Origin: Candidatus Azotimanducaceae bacterium
GTDB lineage: Bacteria; Pseudomonadota; Gammaproteobacteria; Pseudomonadales; Azotimanducaceae
Direction of reading: 5' to 3'
DNA length: 64,000 nt
Assembly (NCBI GenBank): GCA_965205965.1
Contig: CBDBHT010000004.1
Span: 49,037 to 113,036 of the forward strand
The position numbers were made by a program, and so were the translations under genes. Of the stretch, positions 32,030 to 42,727 are shown piece by piece (within the stretch, counting starts at the first letter, position 1; every line of letters begins with the position of its first letter). The notes below the pieces were generated by a model. It had not been told where the DNA came from, did not search any database, and was given only the letters and a program-made list of their open reading frames with translations.

Positions 32030-32391
32030 GGAACAGGTGCGCTCGGACGCGGGGCGTCACCGGTCCTGCAACGTGCGACATGCTGAAGCATCTGCCGAAC
32101 CATCTGGTGATAGTTCACCAACTCCCCCAGATGGTCGTAATCGCAGTTCAACCCTTGCTTGAGTACCGCCATCACCAGAACCCGCTACAGCGTCATCCCC
32201 GGCCAATCGTTCTACGGATCCCGATCCGCCGTCACGTGGCGGCGCAGTAACTCCTCCCGAAACCCTCAAAACAAGCCATTTCAAAGCCTCCAACGGTAAT
32301 CCTCATCCACAGCATTTTAGCTCAAAACACCCTCCCATGCTGCAATCATCAACGCTTTGATAGAATCAGCAGGGTTTTCTCACAGACACTA
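32030..32391 (-). mobile_element. left-end fragment of the 1.8-kb IS5/IS1182-like element, with an internal deletion
   Basis: The reverse complement of 32290-32391 matches TAGTGTCTGTG.GAAAACCCTG..ATCAAAG..GCATGGGAGGGT.TTTTGAGCTAAAATGCT of copies 1 and 2. Homology decays near 32030. The adjacent 31362-32030 is unclassified G+C-rich debris. Confidence 0.7.
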
Positions 32392-32430
32392 ATTAAAAAT
32401 TCGTCTCAACTAAGTTCAGGGGTAAGAGCA

Positions 32431-32737
32431 GTTTTAAAATTCATTTTTCAGGAGAAAGAGGTAGTAGATAATGAAAAAATGGCAATGCATGACATGTGGT
32501 TTTATTACGATGAAGCAGAAGGTTGGCCTGAGGATGGGATTGCACCAGTTTTAAAATTCATTTTTCCGTATGGGCTGATGTACCCGATGATTGGGTGATG
32601 TGAGCCCAGGAGAAAGAGGTAGTAGATAATGAAAAAATGGCAATGATGACATGTGGTTTTATTTACGATGAAGCAGAAGGTTGGCCTGAGGATGGGATTG
32701 CAACGCCGAAAGCGATTTTGAGATGGTGGAAGTTTAA
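32431..32737 (+). pseudogene. rubredoxin gene, duplicated, scrambled and inactivated
   Basis: Two copies of leader+RBS+5' coding segment ([25 protein letters not shown]). An isolated middle piece (VWADVPDDWV) sits between them, and the 3' end (..SDFEMVEV*) follows the second copy. Each 5' copy carries a different 1-nt lesion. Confidence 0.75.
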
Positions 32738-32809
32738 TGCGTCAAGAGATTCACAAACTTTCTAATAGCTATGTGGCTGTGTTCATATTTCTCACCGTAC
32801 GATAAGCTA

Positions 32810-35426
32810 GGGCGTGTTGACACTATTTGAGTGCCTCGGCAATGAGTTCCAACATGATGAAGCATGCAAATACGACATCCAACTTGTCGTATCTCGTGAA
32901 GATCCGTCGACATCCTTTCAGTCGACGGAACAGGCGTTCTATCTCATTGCGTTGCTTGTATTTTTGAGGGTCGGTAGCACCATAGCTTCCGACGATTACG
33001 CCTGGGGGGAACCACAGGCTTCCCCGTATGCCCATATTGGGCGACTAGTTTGCGCATTGGTCTCGCAATCCTAAGAGCGTACGCTTATCGTTTGACCAGG
33101 ATGAACCGCGTTAATATCCGCGTTACCAGACAAACGAGGTATCCAAGGATCTGGAGCATTGAACCTTGCGCAAGGATGCGAGCAACGCCAGCGCATGTCG
33201 CTCGTTCGGCTGCGTTCATGTGAACCTATTTGAGCCTCCGCGGGATCGTTCCGAAGGCTTGCGGGCCGAAGCTTTTCCACACGGCGACCGTCCGGATGTC
33301 GGGTTGGCAGAGGTATCCAGCGATGCCAAGTCCACGCTCGCTGCTGGAGGATTTCACGATGCTTCGGCACTCGGTGGTGAGAATGATCTGCACCCCGCTC
33401 TCCACCGGTCTGGCGCATGCCCGATATAACGAGTTCCAATTGCCGCCGTAACATGCCTGGATGCACGCCATCTTGCCGGTGCAATTCGGCGTATAGTTTC
33501 ATTTTGGGTTGATGTCGGCTTTTCATGTTTCAAGGTACTGCAGCGGATGTCGACGTTTGGCAGCGGTCATTGCATGGCATGTCGTCGTGCGTTGGAACCG
33601 GCACCTTTTCATCGATATGCGGGTTCTTGACCGTCCGTGCTGGCATGCGGGCCTCGGCACCGCAACGTCCCGACCACGTTCTCCCATCGAGCAGCTGGTG
33701 TGCGGTCGATGCCGTCAGGACGTATCGTAGGCGAGGCAGGTGTAGATCCCGAGGGCGATAGCCGCAGTTTGCAACGTTGCGGATGGCTCGCACGAGAACG
33801 ACTGCGCAGACGTGCCTCCGGCTACGTTGCGGTCCTGGCTATCGCTTTTCGGCGATGAAGCTGATCATGACGGGCCGATGGGCTTTCCAGCAGCTGGTCC
33901 CCAGATCCGGAACTGCTGCAGGAGCATCAGCGACTGCGCTTTCCGCTGGTGGCTCGGGCGTGGCGACCAGTTCCGTTCCAGGTACTGCACGGCTCAGCTG
34001 TTGATCGTTCCGATGCGCCCTGGTTTGCAGATCCCTCGCCCGAAGGGCAGGAGCGGGATTGCCAGCTGCGCGTGGTGCCGGAGGTGGAACTGAATGCTGC
34101 GCAACCTCGACCTGAAGGTCCAGGTGCTGCAGAACTCTGGAGCGGCGTGGCTCCGGCGAGGATGCGCGGCGTTCGTTCAGCCTGGGTCACCGATCTGCCG
34201 CTCAATCCGGCATAACGCCAGCGAACTGGCTCGCGCGGCTCGCAGTCGCTTCGGAAGCGAGAACGAGACCTTCAACAGGGCGCTCGAAGAACGATCCAGT
34301 AGCCTGGAACACAACTTCGACACCGAACCCAGCACCTGTCGGATACTTTCGCTGCGCTGATGCTGCTGGCGTTCCTGATCGACCAGCTGCTGGAACATGG
34401 CCTGCCCCGTCATGAAGCAAATCTTCGCCAAGTGCTATAGCCCGAACCGCAACGCCGGGAACCCCGTCTGCGCAGTCAGTTTCGTGCGGTAGCCATCCGC
34501 AACTGGCAGGAACCGTACGGCCACGCCCTCGGGATCTAGCACCGCGTACCTCGCCTACGATCCGTCCTGACGGCATCGACCGCCTCTCCAGCTGCTGATG
34601 AAGAAGTGGATCGGGACCGTTGCGGTCCCGAGGCCCGCATGCAGCCCTGACGGTCAAGAGACCTGCATATCGATGCCCGGAACCCGTTCCAACGCACCAC
34701 GATAATGACCGCGCAAACGCCGACATCCGCTGCGGTACCTTGCCGCGCTGGGCGAAACGTTGCAGAACCTGACATGAAAGCCCAAAATGAAACTATACGG
34801 GGCATTGCCGGCGAGAACCACAGGCTTCATGCCCATTTGGGCGACTAGTTTGCGCGTCTCGTCGTCCTCGTACGCTCGGTCCATGACCAGGTGAACCGCG
34901 GATATCCGCGTCTTCGACAACAGCTTGCGACCCTCTGGAGCATCACCCACCTCCCCGTGCGAAAGCGAGAACGCCAGCGCATGTCGCTCGTTCGCTGCGA
35001 TCATGTGAACCTTGGTGGTCCAGCCTCCGCGGGATTTTCCGATGGCTTGCGGACCGTGCTTCCTGCGCACACCCGTACCGTCCGGATGCACCTTGGCCAG
35101 AGGACTATCCAGCGATGCCATATGCTTCCACTCCTTGAGATACCTTGATCAACACCCCGCTCTCCACCCATCGGCGCATGCGCCGATATAACGAGTTCCA
35201 ATTGCCGCCGTAACATGCCGGCAATGCACGCCACTTGCCTTGCATCCCTGCTCCAGTAGGTACAGCATCCCGTTCAACGCCGTCCAAGCATCCGATGTGA
35301 CGTTCCCTCGAGGCCCTCGGTAAGTGCTCCTTGATCCGGTTCGAATTGCTCTTCCGTACGTTCCATGCAGACACTCCATGTCCGAAAAACCGACTTGAGA
35401 TCATACATATTAGTGTCAACACGCCC
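32810..35426 (-). mobile_element. IS5-family (IS427/IS1031-type, about 830 bp) element interrupted by about 1.8 kb of IS4-type debris
   Basis: An 18-bp perfect IR TAGGGCGTGTTGACACTA spans both ends (including the flanking TA at 32808-09 and 35427-28). Transposase pieces on the minus strand: ..NGMLYLLEQGC.., ACYGGNWNSLYRRMRRWVESGV, VHPDGTGVRRKHGPQAIGKSRGGWTTKVHM, DRAYEDDETRKL, YKQRNEIERLFRRLKGCRRIFTRYDKLDVVF. Several frameshifts are present. Confidence 0.8.
33023..34810 (+). mobile_element. rearranged, degenerate IS4-type (lineage C) copy containing a second IS427-type fragment
   Basis: 33056-33170 matches the lineage C 5' leader. 33175-33478 is a second copy of the IS427-type segment seen at 34970-35240. 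33481-33530 is an inverted lineage C right end fused to lineage C internal sequence. 33530-34810 is colinear with 58397-59596 but full of frameshifts. The right IR variant ..CTATACGGGGCATTGCCG ends at 34810. Confidence 0.65.
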
Positions 35427-35668
35427 TAAGTTAATTGCACATGCTGTGCACGCGCTAGCGTTAAATGACGTTGATCTGGAAGAAGCAACAACCGACGTGC
35501 TATACGCTTTAGTCAATTCGATGGATATCCACTGAGATACACTGTCAACTAGTTTATCTACACAATTCGGCGTACCCCCTGTTTCATGACGTTAGCTGGT
35601 TATTTATTTTTCGTAATATCGTTCTAAGGAATAATGAGTTGATAGCTCGAGATAATTTCTTTTTTACG

Positions 35669-36721
35669 ATGCAACATGTCGTCACATTCATCGTGATTTT
35701 TTTACTATTTGTTCTGCAAGGTTGTCTTCCAACCACATCGCCAGCTAAAAGCACACCCACAGCTGTTCAACAGGCCACCAACACAATCCTAGAGGAATCT
35801 CTAATTCTTAATCAGGAGCAAACACAAAAGATTGTGGACTTGGGCTGGCCGTTGCTTACCGCAAATGCAAAATTATGCGGAAAGGCAGCTAGACCAGCTA
35901 TTGGCATTCAGCTAGCCGATAAGAAAACACTAAAATTATTTGGAGATTCAGCTCCAGCAAGCCGTGGTTATGGAACTGAACCAACCGTATATACGGTCGC
36001 TCAGCAGTCACCTGCAGATGTTGCTGGCATTCTAAGTGGCGATGTTTTGATGCGAATTAATGGGGAAAGCATACCTCAAAAAGGGGATCGGGTCAGATTG
36101 ACGAATAAGTTAATTGCAGAACATCTGACGCTTGGTGAGGCTACAACTTTGTTAGTCTGCAGGAACGGTGAGAGACTGAAGTTTGAAATAACTCCAGTTA
36201 ATGCTTGTGCATTTAACATAGAACTGACTACTTTTGAAAGCAATAACGCCTTTGCTGATGGCAAACGAATCATGATCGGAAGCCTGCTCGTTCAATTCAT
36301 GACTAATGAAGAAATCCAGGTTGTGATTGCACACGAGCTGGCCCATAACGTAGAGGCTCATAGTGCTAAGAAGGCTAAAAACTCTCAAATTGGTTTATTA
36401 GTAGACCTCGTGTTCTATGCTGCAGAAATAAACACTTACGGAATAATTGCTATGAATATAAACCGACTGTTTAGCAGGCAATTTGAAAGAGAAGCAGACT
36501 ATATTGGCATGTATATGCTGGCTAATGCTGGTCTGGATACCAGCAATGCGAGTTTAGTTTGGCGCAAATTTGGCAAACTCAACCCTCGTAAAACTAAGCG
36601 AGCGAGCTCGCATCCGGCTAGTGGTGAACGGCTAGCAAACCTTGATGCTACTCACTGGGAAATTGAAAAAAAAATACAAACGGGAAAACCGCTGTTGCCC
36701 AACCGTCGTAGACAAAGATAA
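35669..36721 (+). CDS. M48-family zinc metallopeptidase lipoprotein with PDZ domain
   Basis: Lipobox LFVLQGC, PDZ-like GILSGDVLMRINGESI, HELAHNVEAH zinc motif and downstream EREADYIGMY. The ATG at 35669 is preferred to the TTG at 35639. Confidence 0.8.
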   Translation: MQHVVTFIVIFLLFVLQGCLPTTSPAKSTPTAVQQATNTILEESLILNQEQTQKIVDLGWPLLTANAKLCGKAARPAIGIQLADKKTLKLFGDSAPASRGYGTEPTVYTVAQQSPADVAGILSGDVLMRINGESIPQKGDRVRLTNKLIAEHLTLGEATTLLVCRNGERLKFEITPVNACAFNIELTTFESNNAFADGKRIMIGSLLVQFMTNEEIQVVIAHELAHNVEAHSAKKAKNSQIGLLVDLVFYAAEINTYGIIAMNINRLFSRQFEREADYIGMYMLANAGLDTSNASLVWRKFGKLNPRKTKRASSHPASGERLANLDATHWEIEKKIQTGKPLLPNRRRQR

Positions 36722-37326
36722 TAAAACTTTCGGCGGAGCTTAAACCGAACTAGTAGTTTAACTGGTTTTAATTTTCGGGTATAGATGCTTCAGTTTGGTG
36801 CGCGCGTCGTCGACGCTGAGCTGCCAGTCGACCCCGGTCTGTTCGCGATTGCGCTCCTTGGCCCAGGCTTCCGTTTCCGACGTGACCAAAGCCCTGCTCT
36901 CGACCCGGCGATCCAGGCACTGGCGGTGCAACGCACTGAACTCCAGTTCCGCAACGTTCAGCCAGCTCCCATGTTTCGGCGTGTGCACCAAGTGGATGCG
37001 GTCGTTCAGCCGACTGGCTTCGGCCGCCGGGAACGCGGCGTAGAACGAGTCACCGCTGTGGGTGTTCAAGTTGTCGCACACCAGCGTGATGCTTTCTGCA
37101 TCCCGGTAACGCGGCAGATTCGCCAGTGCGCGCACTTGCTTCGCCCAATCCAACGTCGTGCGCCGTTTGGTGACAGCCACTGTCCGCCAGCCGGACAGCG
37201 GCTCGCCGAACATCCACACCGTGCATGCTCCCCGGCGGAGGTAGCAATGGCATTCGTTTAGTGAATTTTTCCATTCGGTTAAGGATTCGGTCTTGGGCCT
37301 TGGTTATCCGCTGATTTTTTATTCCG

Positions 37327-39628
37327 TTAGCGAGTTGCCGGTGCCGGTGCTCCTCTTCCTCGCTGCCACTTTCCGACCGGTTTTCGGGATCGCCGTTCAT
37401 AGGACCGGCCCGGACGGAGCCGTTGCCGACACCGGACGATCTCGCCGACAATACGAGTCACGGTTTCCCGGAGGGCGGCTGCATGCTGAAGTAGCAGGCT
37501 CTCGATGTTGGCCGCCACCGCCGCAAGTCCGTGCTTGAAATTCGTCTGCATCAGCGGCTTGCCGTCATTCGGCAGCCCCCCGTTCACATGATCCTCGCCA
37601 TGGTTGGCGAACAGCCGGGTCATGGTAATCAGGGTGAAGCATGCATACAGTTCCTGTTTCACACCCCGCTCGCTTTGCCCATGAAAGTCCTCAACCTCCA
37701 TCAGCCGTTTGGATACCTTGTACCGTTCCTCGATGCCCCATCTCGCGTGATACAGATCCGACAGTTGCTCGATGGAATACTGGTCCCGGTCCAGCAGGGT
37801 CGTTCCCAGGATGAAGACGGTATCGCCCACGGCATATTTCACCAGCCGCAAGCGGTGCGGGCCGAATGCGGCTCCGGGGTTCCCTCGGCGTAGTCGGGTC
37901 AGCGTGCGTTGGCGGGGAACGACCTCGATGACCGTATCCCGGCGGCCGCCGTGGATGAAGCGGTCGACATCGATACCGGTTTTCCGTTGCATCCGGAACA
38001 CCGCGTGCAGTCCCCGGATCGCATGCGCGTGCAGCATCTCATAGGAATAGTAGCCCCGGTCATAGACCACCACATCGTTCGCCGACAACACGTTCAGGTG
38101 GGCCAGTGCCGCCGCGCGCTCGTTTCCATGCGCATGCAGGTCGAAGTCGACCGGTAGTCGGGCCTGCAGCCGATACAGGCAACTCACCAGACCCTGCGGA
38201 TAATGGGCACCGTCTACCGGCGTCCGCCAGCCTTCATGCACCAGTCCGCGCGGCAGGTTCAGGTAGGTTCCATCGACCGCAAACACCCGATGCCCCTGCC
38301 ACCGCCGATCCGCGTGTCGGGTCGGACTTTCCGTGCGTGCCGGGGTCGGGCCTCGGCGTCGAAGACCACCTTGAGGATTTCCTGGTGTAAGGTCTTGAAC
38401 AGCTGCTCGTCCAGCCTGGCCCGGGCACTGCAGATGGAGGACGGCGACACCGGAGCCGGCTGTGGCAGTTCGATCCCCATCGTCCGGCATTGCCCCCACA
38501 GTTCGGCCAGCGTGGTCGCATATCCTGGACGCCCCTTCGAGAACACCAGCCGGAAAACGAACAGCACGACCACCAGCGTGTTCAGCACGCGCCGCCGCCG
38601 CTGCCAGAGCCGGTCATGCCGGTTGGCGACACTCACGAGCGTCTCGACGATGCCGCTCCAGAGCCGGACAAAAGCATCCTCCGGAGCCAGGACCGCCACC
38701 GGCGGCCTGCGGGAACGGCGTCCGGATCGACGGGAGCCGGTCAGCAGCACCTGCTTCCAGTCTTTCGTCAGCGGATACAGGTAAACGTCCTTCGGCGTCC
38801 TGCCTGCCTCCGATGCACTCGCCTTGCGTCCCTTCGTCCGGCCAATGCACTGCCAGTTGGCCGCACGGTAGCAGGTCCCCCGGTACTTCGCCGGATCCAC
38901 AAAGGTCTCCGCCAGTACCGGCTCCAGGCCGTGCCGCTCCTTCCAGTCCCCGGGCAGCCGCCGAACCGCCATCGACAGGGCCTTCGAGGCCAGATACGGA
39001 ACCCGAACCCAAGGGAAGATCAGGAACCGGGAGTTGTTCACCACCCCTTCAGACGCTTCGCCCGATCCCGATCCCGCCAGCCAATCCAGGCGTCACGACA
39101 GGGAAGCCGGGTCGTGCCCGCCTCAAACAGCAGACAGCCCAGCTTGCGACCCCGACGATTCCGCAGCCAGTAGCGCAGGAAACAGCCGAACGGATGCCGG
39201 TAACCCAGCTCATGATGCCGATCCACCAATTCCTTCCATTCCTCAACGGCCTCCCCCTCCGCCACAACCTCCAGTTCCAGCGGCATCAGCTCCTTCAACT
39301 CACACTCTATGGCGGAGCCCGGATCCGAGCGACTCGTATGCCGCGGTCTCCGACCCCCGGTTCCCGTTCTCGATCCCGGTCGCTTCGCCGGCAGCGACAC
39401 GATGCCGTCGGACTCCAGCTGCTCCAGCATCCGCAGACAGGACCCCAGTCGATCCCGACCCTTCGGCGTGAACCAGCCCAGATGAGTGCACAGGGTGGCA
39501 GCCAGCTCATGGCGGCTCAGTGCCGGAAACATTTTCACCGTCTTCTGGAGGTCCGCAATCTGACGGCGGGTCAGCCGCGTGCCACAGAAGGTGGTCGACT
39601 TCAAGTTCTCGATTCGGGAATCCATCAC
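37327..39628 (-). pseudogene. DUF4338-domain plus IS4-type DDE transposase, split over three frames
   Basis: ORFs 39038-39628, 38259-39044 and 37327-38499 are colinear. DUF4338-like motifs: HELGYRHPFGCFLRYWL, VNNSRFLIFPWVRVPYLASKALS, DWKERHGLEPVLAETFVDPAKYRGTCYRAANW. DDE motifs: FAVDGTYLNLP, VVVYDRGYYS, YHARWGIEERYKVSK. The first frame break is at a C4/G4 run (39044-39047). Confidence 0.7.
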
Positions 39629-39653
39629 GTTTGCACCAGAGATAATCTAACTA

Positions 39654-40905
39654 GTAGTTCGTTTTCTATATATCATTACATGGTGCATTTAGTATACTTG
39701 GTTTTCCGAAAGACAAGGATAGTCATCTGGGGAGGACAAGATGCCCTTTCAACGACAACGAGCGGAGCTACGTATTGACGATGGTGTGCGGTTGGAACTG
39801 GAGCGGATTAGCCGTTCGCAAACGGAGTCGGCGCGGCGCGTGGAACGTGCGAAACTGCTGCTCGGCTACGTGGCCGGCGAGCCGATTTCGGCGATTGCGC
39901 GGTCGCTGAACACGAACCGCCCGAAGGTATACCGGTGCGTGCGCAAGGCTCTTGACGTGGGTGCTTTGCCGGCACTGGATGATCTGCCACGTCGGGGTCG
40001 CCCGGCGACGATCTTGGCGGGATCGCGCGCTTGGCTGGTGGCTCTGGCGTGCCGCAAGCCTGCGGAGCTGGGTTACGCCGAGGAGTTGTGGACGGTGCGA
40101 CGACTGGCCGAGCACGCTCGGAAGCGCTGTCGGGACGCTGGGCATCCGGACCTGTTGAGCGTGGCCCCGGGAACGGTGTCGAAGATCCTGGCCAATCAGG
40201 AGGTGCGACCGCACAAGATCACCTATTACCTGGAACGGCGGGACCCCGCGTTCGACGAGAAGATGGCGCAGGTGCTGTGTTTTTATCGCGAAGTGGCACT
40301 GGTCCGCGAGCGAGGGGAGGATTCGGACGCACCGCTCGTGGCCTACATCTCGTACGACGAAAAGCCCGGCATTCAGGCGGTCGGCACGACCTCGCCCGAC
40401 CGGCCGCCGGTACCGGGCGAGCACGCCACGGTCGGCCGCGACCCCGAGTACGTGCGCCATGGCACGGTCACCTTGATGGCAGGGATGGACCTGCTCACGG
40501 GGCATGTGCACCGAGCCGTCGTGGACCGGCATCGAAGCCGGGAGTTCGTCGAGTTCCTGCGGGGCCTGGACAAGGCCTATCCCAAAAACATGACGCTGCG
40601 ACTGATCCTCGACAACCATTCGGTCCACCTCTCCAGGGAAACGCGCACCTGGCTCGCCAGCGTGCCCAACCGGTTCGAGTTCGTGTTCACGCCCAAGCAC
40701 GCATCGTGGCTGAACCTGATCGAGACGTTCTTCAGCAAAGTGGCAAGAACCGTGTTGCGTGGAATCCGTGTCGCCTCGACGGACGAACTCAAGGAACGTC
40801 TCGAACGCTACATCGATGGGATCAACGCCGAACCGGTGGTGTTCAAGTGGACTTATGGAATAAACGATGCGATCCGAGTGTGACGGTATTTCGGAAACGA
40901 ACTAC
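39654..40905 (+). mobile_element. IS630-family element, second lineage, apparently intact
   Basis: IRs GTAGTTCGTTTTC (39654-) and the reverse complement GTAGTTCGTTTCC (-40905). The TA duplication is at 39652-53, and its partner is displaced to 42730-31 by the next insertion. It has a single 380-aa ORF. Confidence 0.85.
39741..40883 (+). CDS. IS630-family transposase (380 aa, uninterrupted)
   Basis: N-terminal HTH region (SAIARSLNTNRPKVYRCV), then DDE_3-type core: ISYDEKPGIQA, LILDNHSVH, FTPKHASWLNLIETFFS. Confidence 0.85.
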   Translation: MPFQRQRAELRIDDGVRLELERISRSQTESARRVERAKLLLGYVAGEPISAIARSLNTNRPKVYRCVRKALDVGALPALDDLPRRGRPATILAGSRAWLVALACRKPAELGYAEELWTVRRLAEHARKRCRDAGHPDLLSVAPGTVSKILANQEVRPHKITYYLERRDPAFDEKMAQVLCFYREVALVRERGEDSDAPLVAYISYDEKPGIQAVGTTSPDRPPVPGEHATVGRDPEYVRHGTVTLMAGMDLLTGHVHRAVVDRHRSREFVEFLRGLDKAYPKNMTLRLILDNHSVHLSRETRTWLASVPNRFEFVFTPKHASWLNLIETFFSKVARTVLRGIRVASTDELKERLERYIDGINAEPVVFKWTYGINDAIRV

Positions 40906-42727
40906 TAGTGTCTGTGCGAAAACCCTGATGATTGTATCAAAGTGCTGATTATTGTGGCATGGGAGGGTATTTTGAGCTAAAATGCTACGGATGAAGATTG
41001 CCGTTGGAGGCGTTGAAATGGGCTTTTTTAGGGGTTTCAGGGGTGTTCTGTGCGGATCTTCGTTGGGAGAGCAGCGATCATGAGACGTTTCGAGCATGCC
41101 TTGCGGTTGGATGAGACGCCGATCGGTGAGATCAAGATTAATGTGAAATCACGGGATGACATTCCGGCGTTGCTGTTGGGATTGCAGCATCTGTACGTGT
41201 CGTGTCGGGAGGAATGGGAAGCGTTACTGGGTTGCCATGTGACAGCGGATCGGGATCCGGAGAACGGGAGGCCGGGGATGACGCTGTGGCGGGTTCTGGT
41301 GATGGCGGTGCTCAAGCAGGGTTTGAATTGCGACTACGACCGTCTGGGGGAGTTGGTGAACCATCACCAGGTGGTACGGAAGATGCTGCAGCATGGGTTT
41401 CTGGATGACTGGACGTACTCGGTTCGCACGTTGCAGGACAACGTGTCGCTGGTGACGCCGGCGTTGCTACAGGAATTGAATGCGCTGCTGGTACGGGAGG
41501 GTCATGCGGTGGCGGGAAAGTTCCCTGGCACACCGCCTTGGACGGTCGGGTTGACTCGTTCGTAGTGGAGACGGACGTGCATTACCCGACGGACGTGAAC
41601 CTGCTGTGGGATGCGATGCGGGTGCTGCTGACGGAGGTTTCGGTCTGTTGCGGATCGCATGAGGTGTCGGGATGGCGGCAGGGGCAGTACTGGCGGAGCC
41701 AGGTTCGGCAGGGCTATCAACGGGTGAGCCGTGCGCGGTTGTGGTGCCGACGCCCGAAGGCGGTGGCGGCGTGGTTGACCCTGTGCGGCGATCTGACGGG
41801 GCGTCTGGGCGACACGCTGGAGGAGCTGGAAGGATTGCCGGAGGGCTCGGTGTCGCCGGCGCAGCTGTCGCGATGGCGCTGGTTTCACGCCTGCTCGGTG
41901 CGTTTGCAGGATCAGGTCCGCCGTCGCGTGCTGGAAGGGGAAACGATCCCGCACGAGGAGAAACTGTTCTCGCTGTTCGAGCCGCATACGCGCTGGATCG
42001 TGAAGGGCAAGGCCGGCCGGTGGAGCTGGGGGTTCCCCTGACGGTGCTGGAAGATCAACATCCGTTCATCCTGGGTTGGCACTTGCAGTGGCAGGGCGGC
42101 GATGTGGACGTGGGGGTTCCGCTGGTGGCGGCATGCCAGGCACAGTATCCGGAGTTGCGCGGATGCAGTTTCGACCGGGGGTTCCACAGCCCCGCCAACC
42201 AACAGCAACTGGCCGCGGTGCTGGAGCACGTCGCGTTGCCCGCGAAGGGGCGAGGCACGGAGGCCAGCCGAGCTCGGGAAGGTAAAGCATCGTTCGTGGC
42301 GCGACGCCGGCGGCATCCGGGCGTGGAATCGGCGATCCATGCGTTGGAAAGCCATGGCTTGGACCGGGTGCGCACGCATGGCCGGGCAGGCTTCGAACGC
42401 ACCGTGGGTATCTCGATCCTCGCAGCCAACCTGCACCGACTCGGACGCTTGCTGCAGCAACGGGCGGCGCGGCGGTCCCATCGCACGCACGCACCACCCT
42501 ATCGTTTGGCGGCCTAGCCGTCCCCATCCTCAATATCCATCCTTCCCGCCCCTCGGGACGGACCCCGCACGCCCCGAAAGCGAGCAGGAGAACATCATCC
42601 GCACTTTTGGAGCCCCGATGGGCCGATTACCCGTCGTACATCTCCTAAATCAACATGATCCCCTGAGCGACGGATACCATCACGTGGCTTAAACCCATCG
42701 TAAAATGGGGTTTTCCCGCAGACACTA
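40906..42727 (+). mobile_element. 1.8-kb IS5/IS1182-like insertion sequence, copy 2
   Basis: Termini TAGTGTCTGTGCGAAAACCC (40906-) and the reverse complement TAGTGTCTGCGGGAAAACCCC (-42727). The dinucleotide AC is duplicated (40904-05 = the last two bases of the IS630 element, and 42728-29). Confidence 0.8.
41050..42517 (+). pseudogene. DDE transposase of the 1.8-kb IS, copy 2, frameshifted
   Basis: ORFs 41050-41565, 41538-42041 and 41672-42517 are colinear pieces. The breaks are at different sites from copy 1. Confidence 0.75.

Noticed and set aside
32431-32737. Repeat pair that at first looked like a short CRISPR-like or tandem repeat array.
   Set aside because: There are only two copies of an about 115-bp unit. 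The unit is the leader plus 5' coding part of rubredoxin. There is no short-repeat/spacer periodicity and there are no cas genes anywhere in the window.
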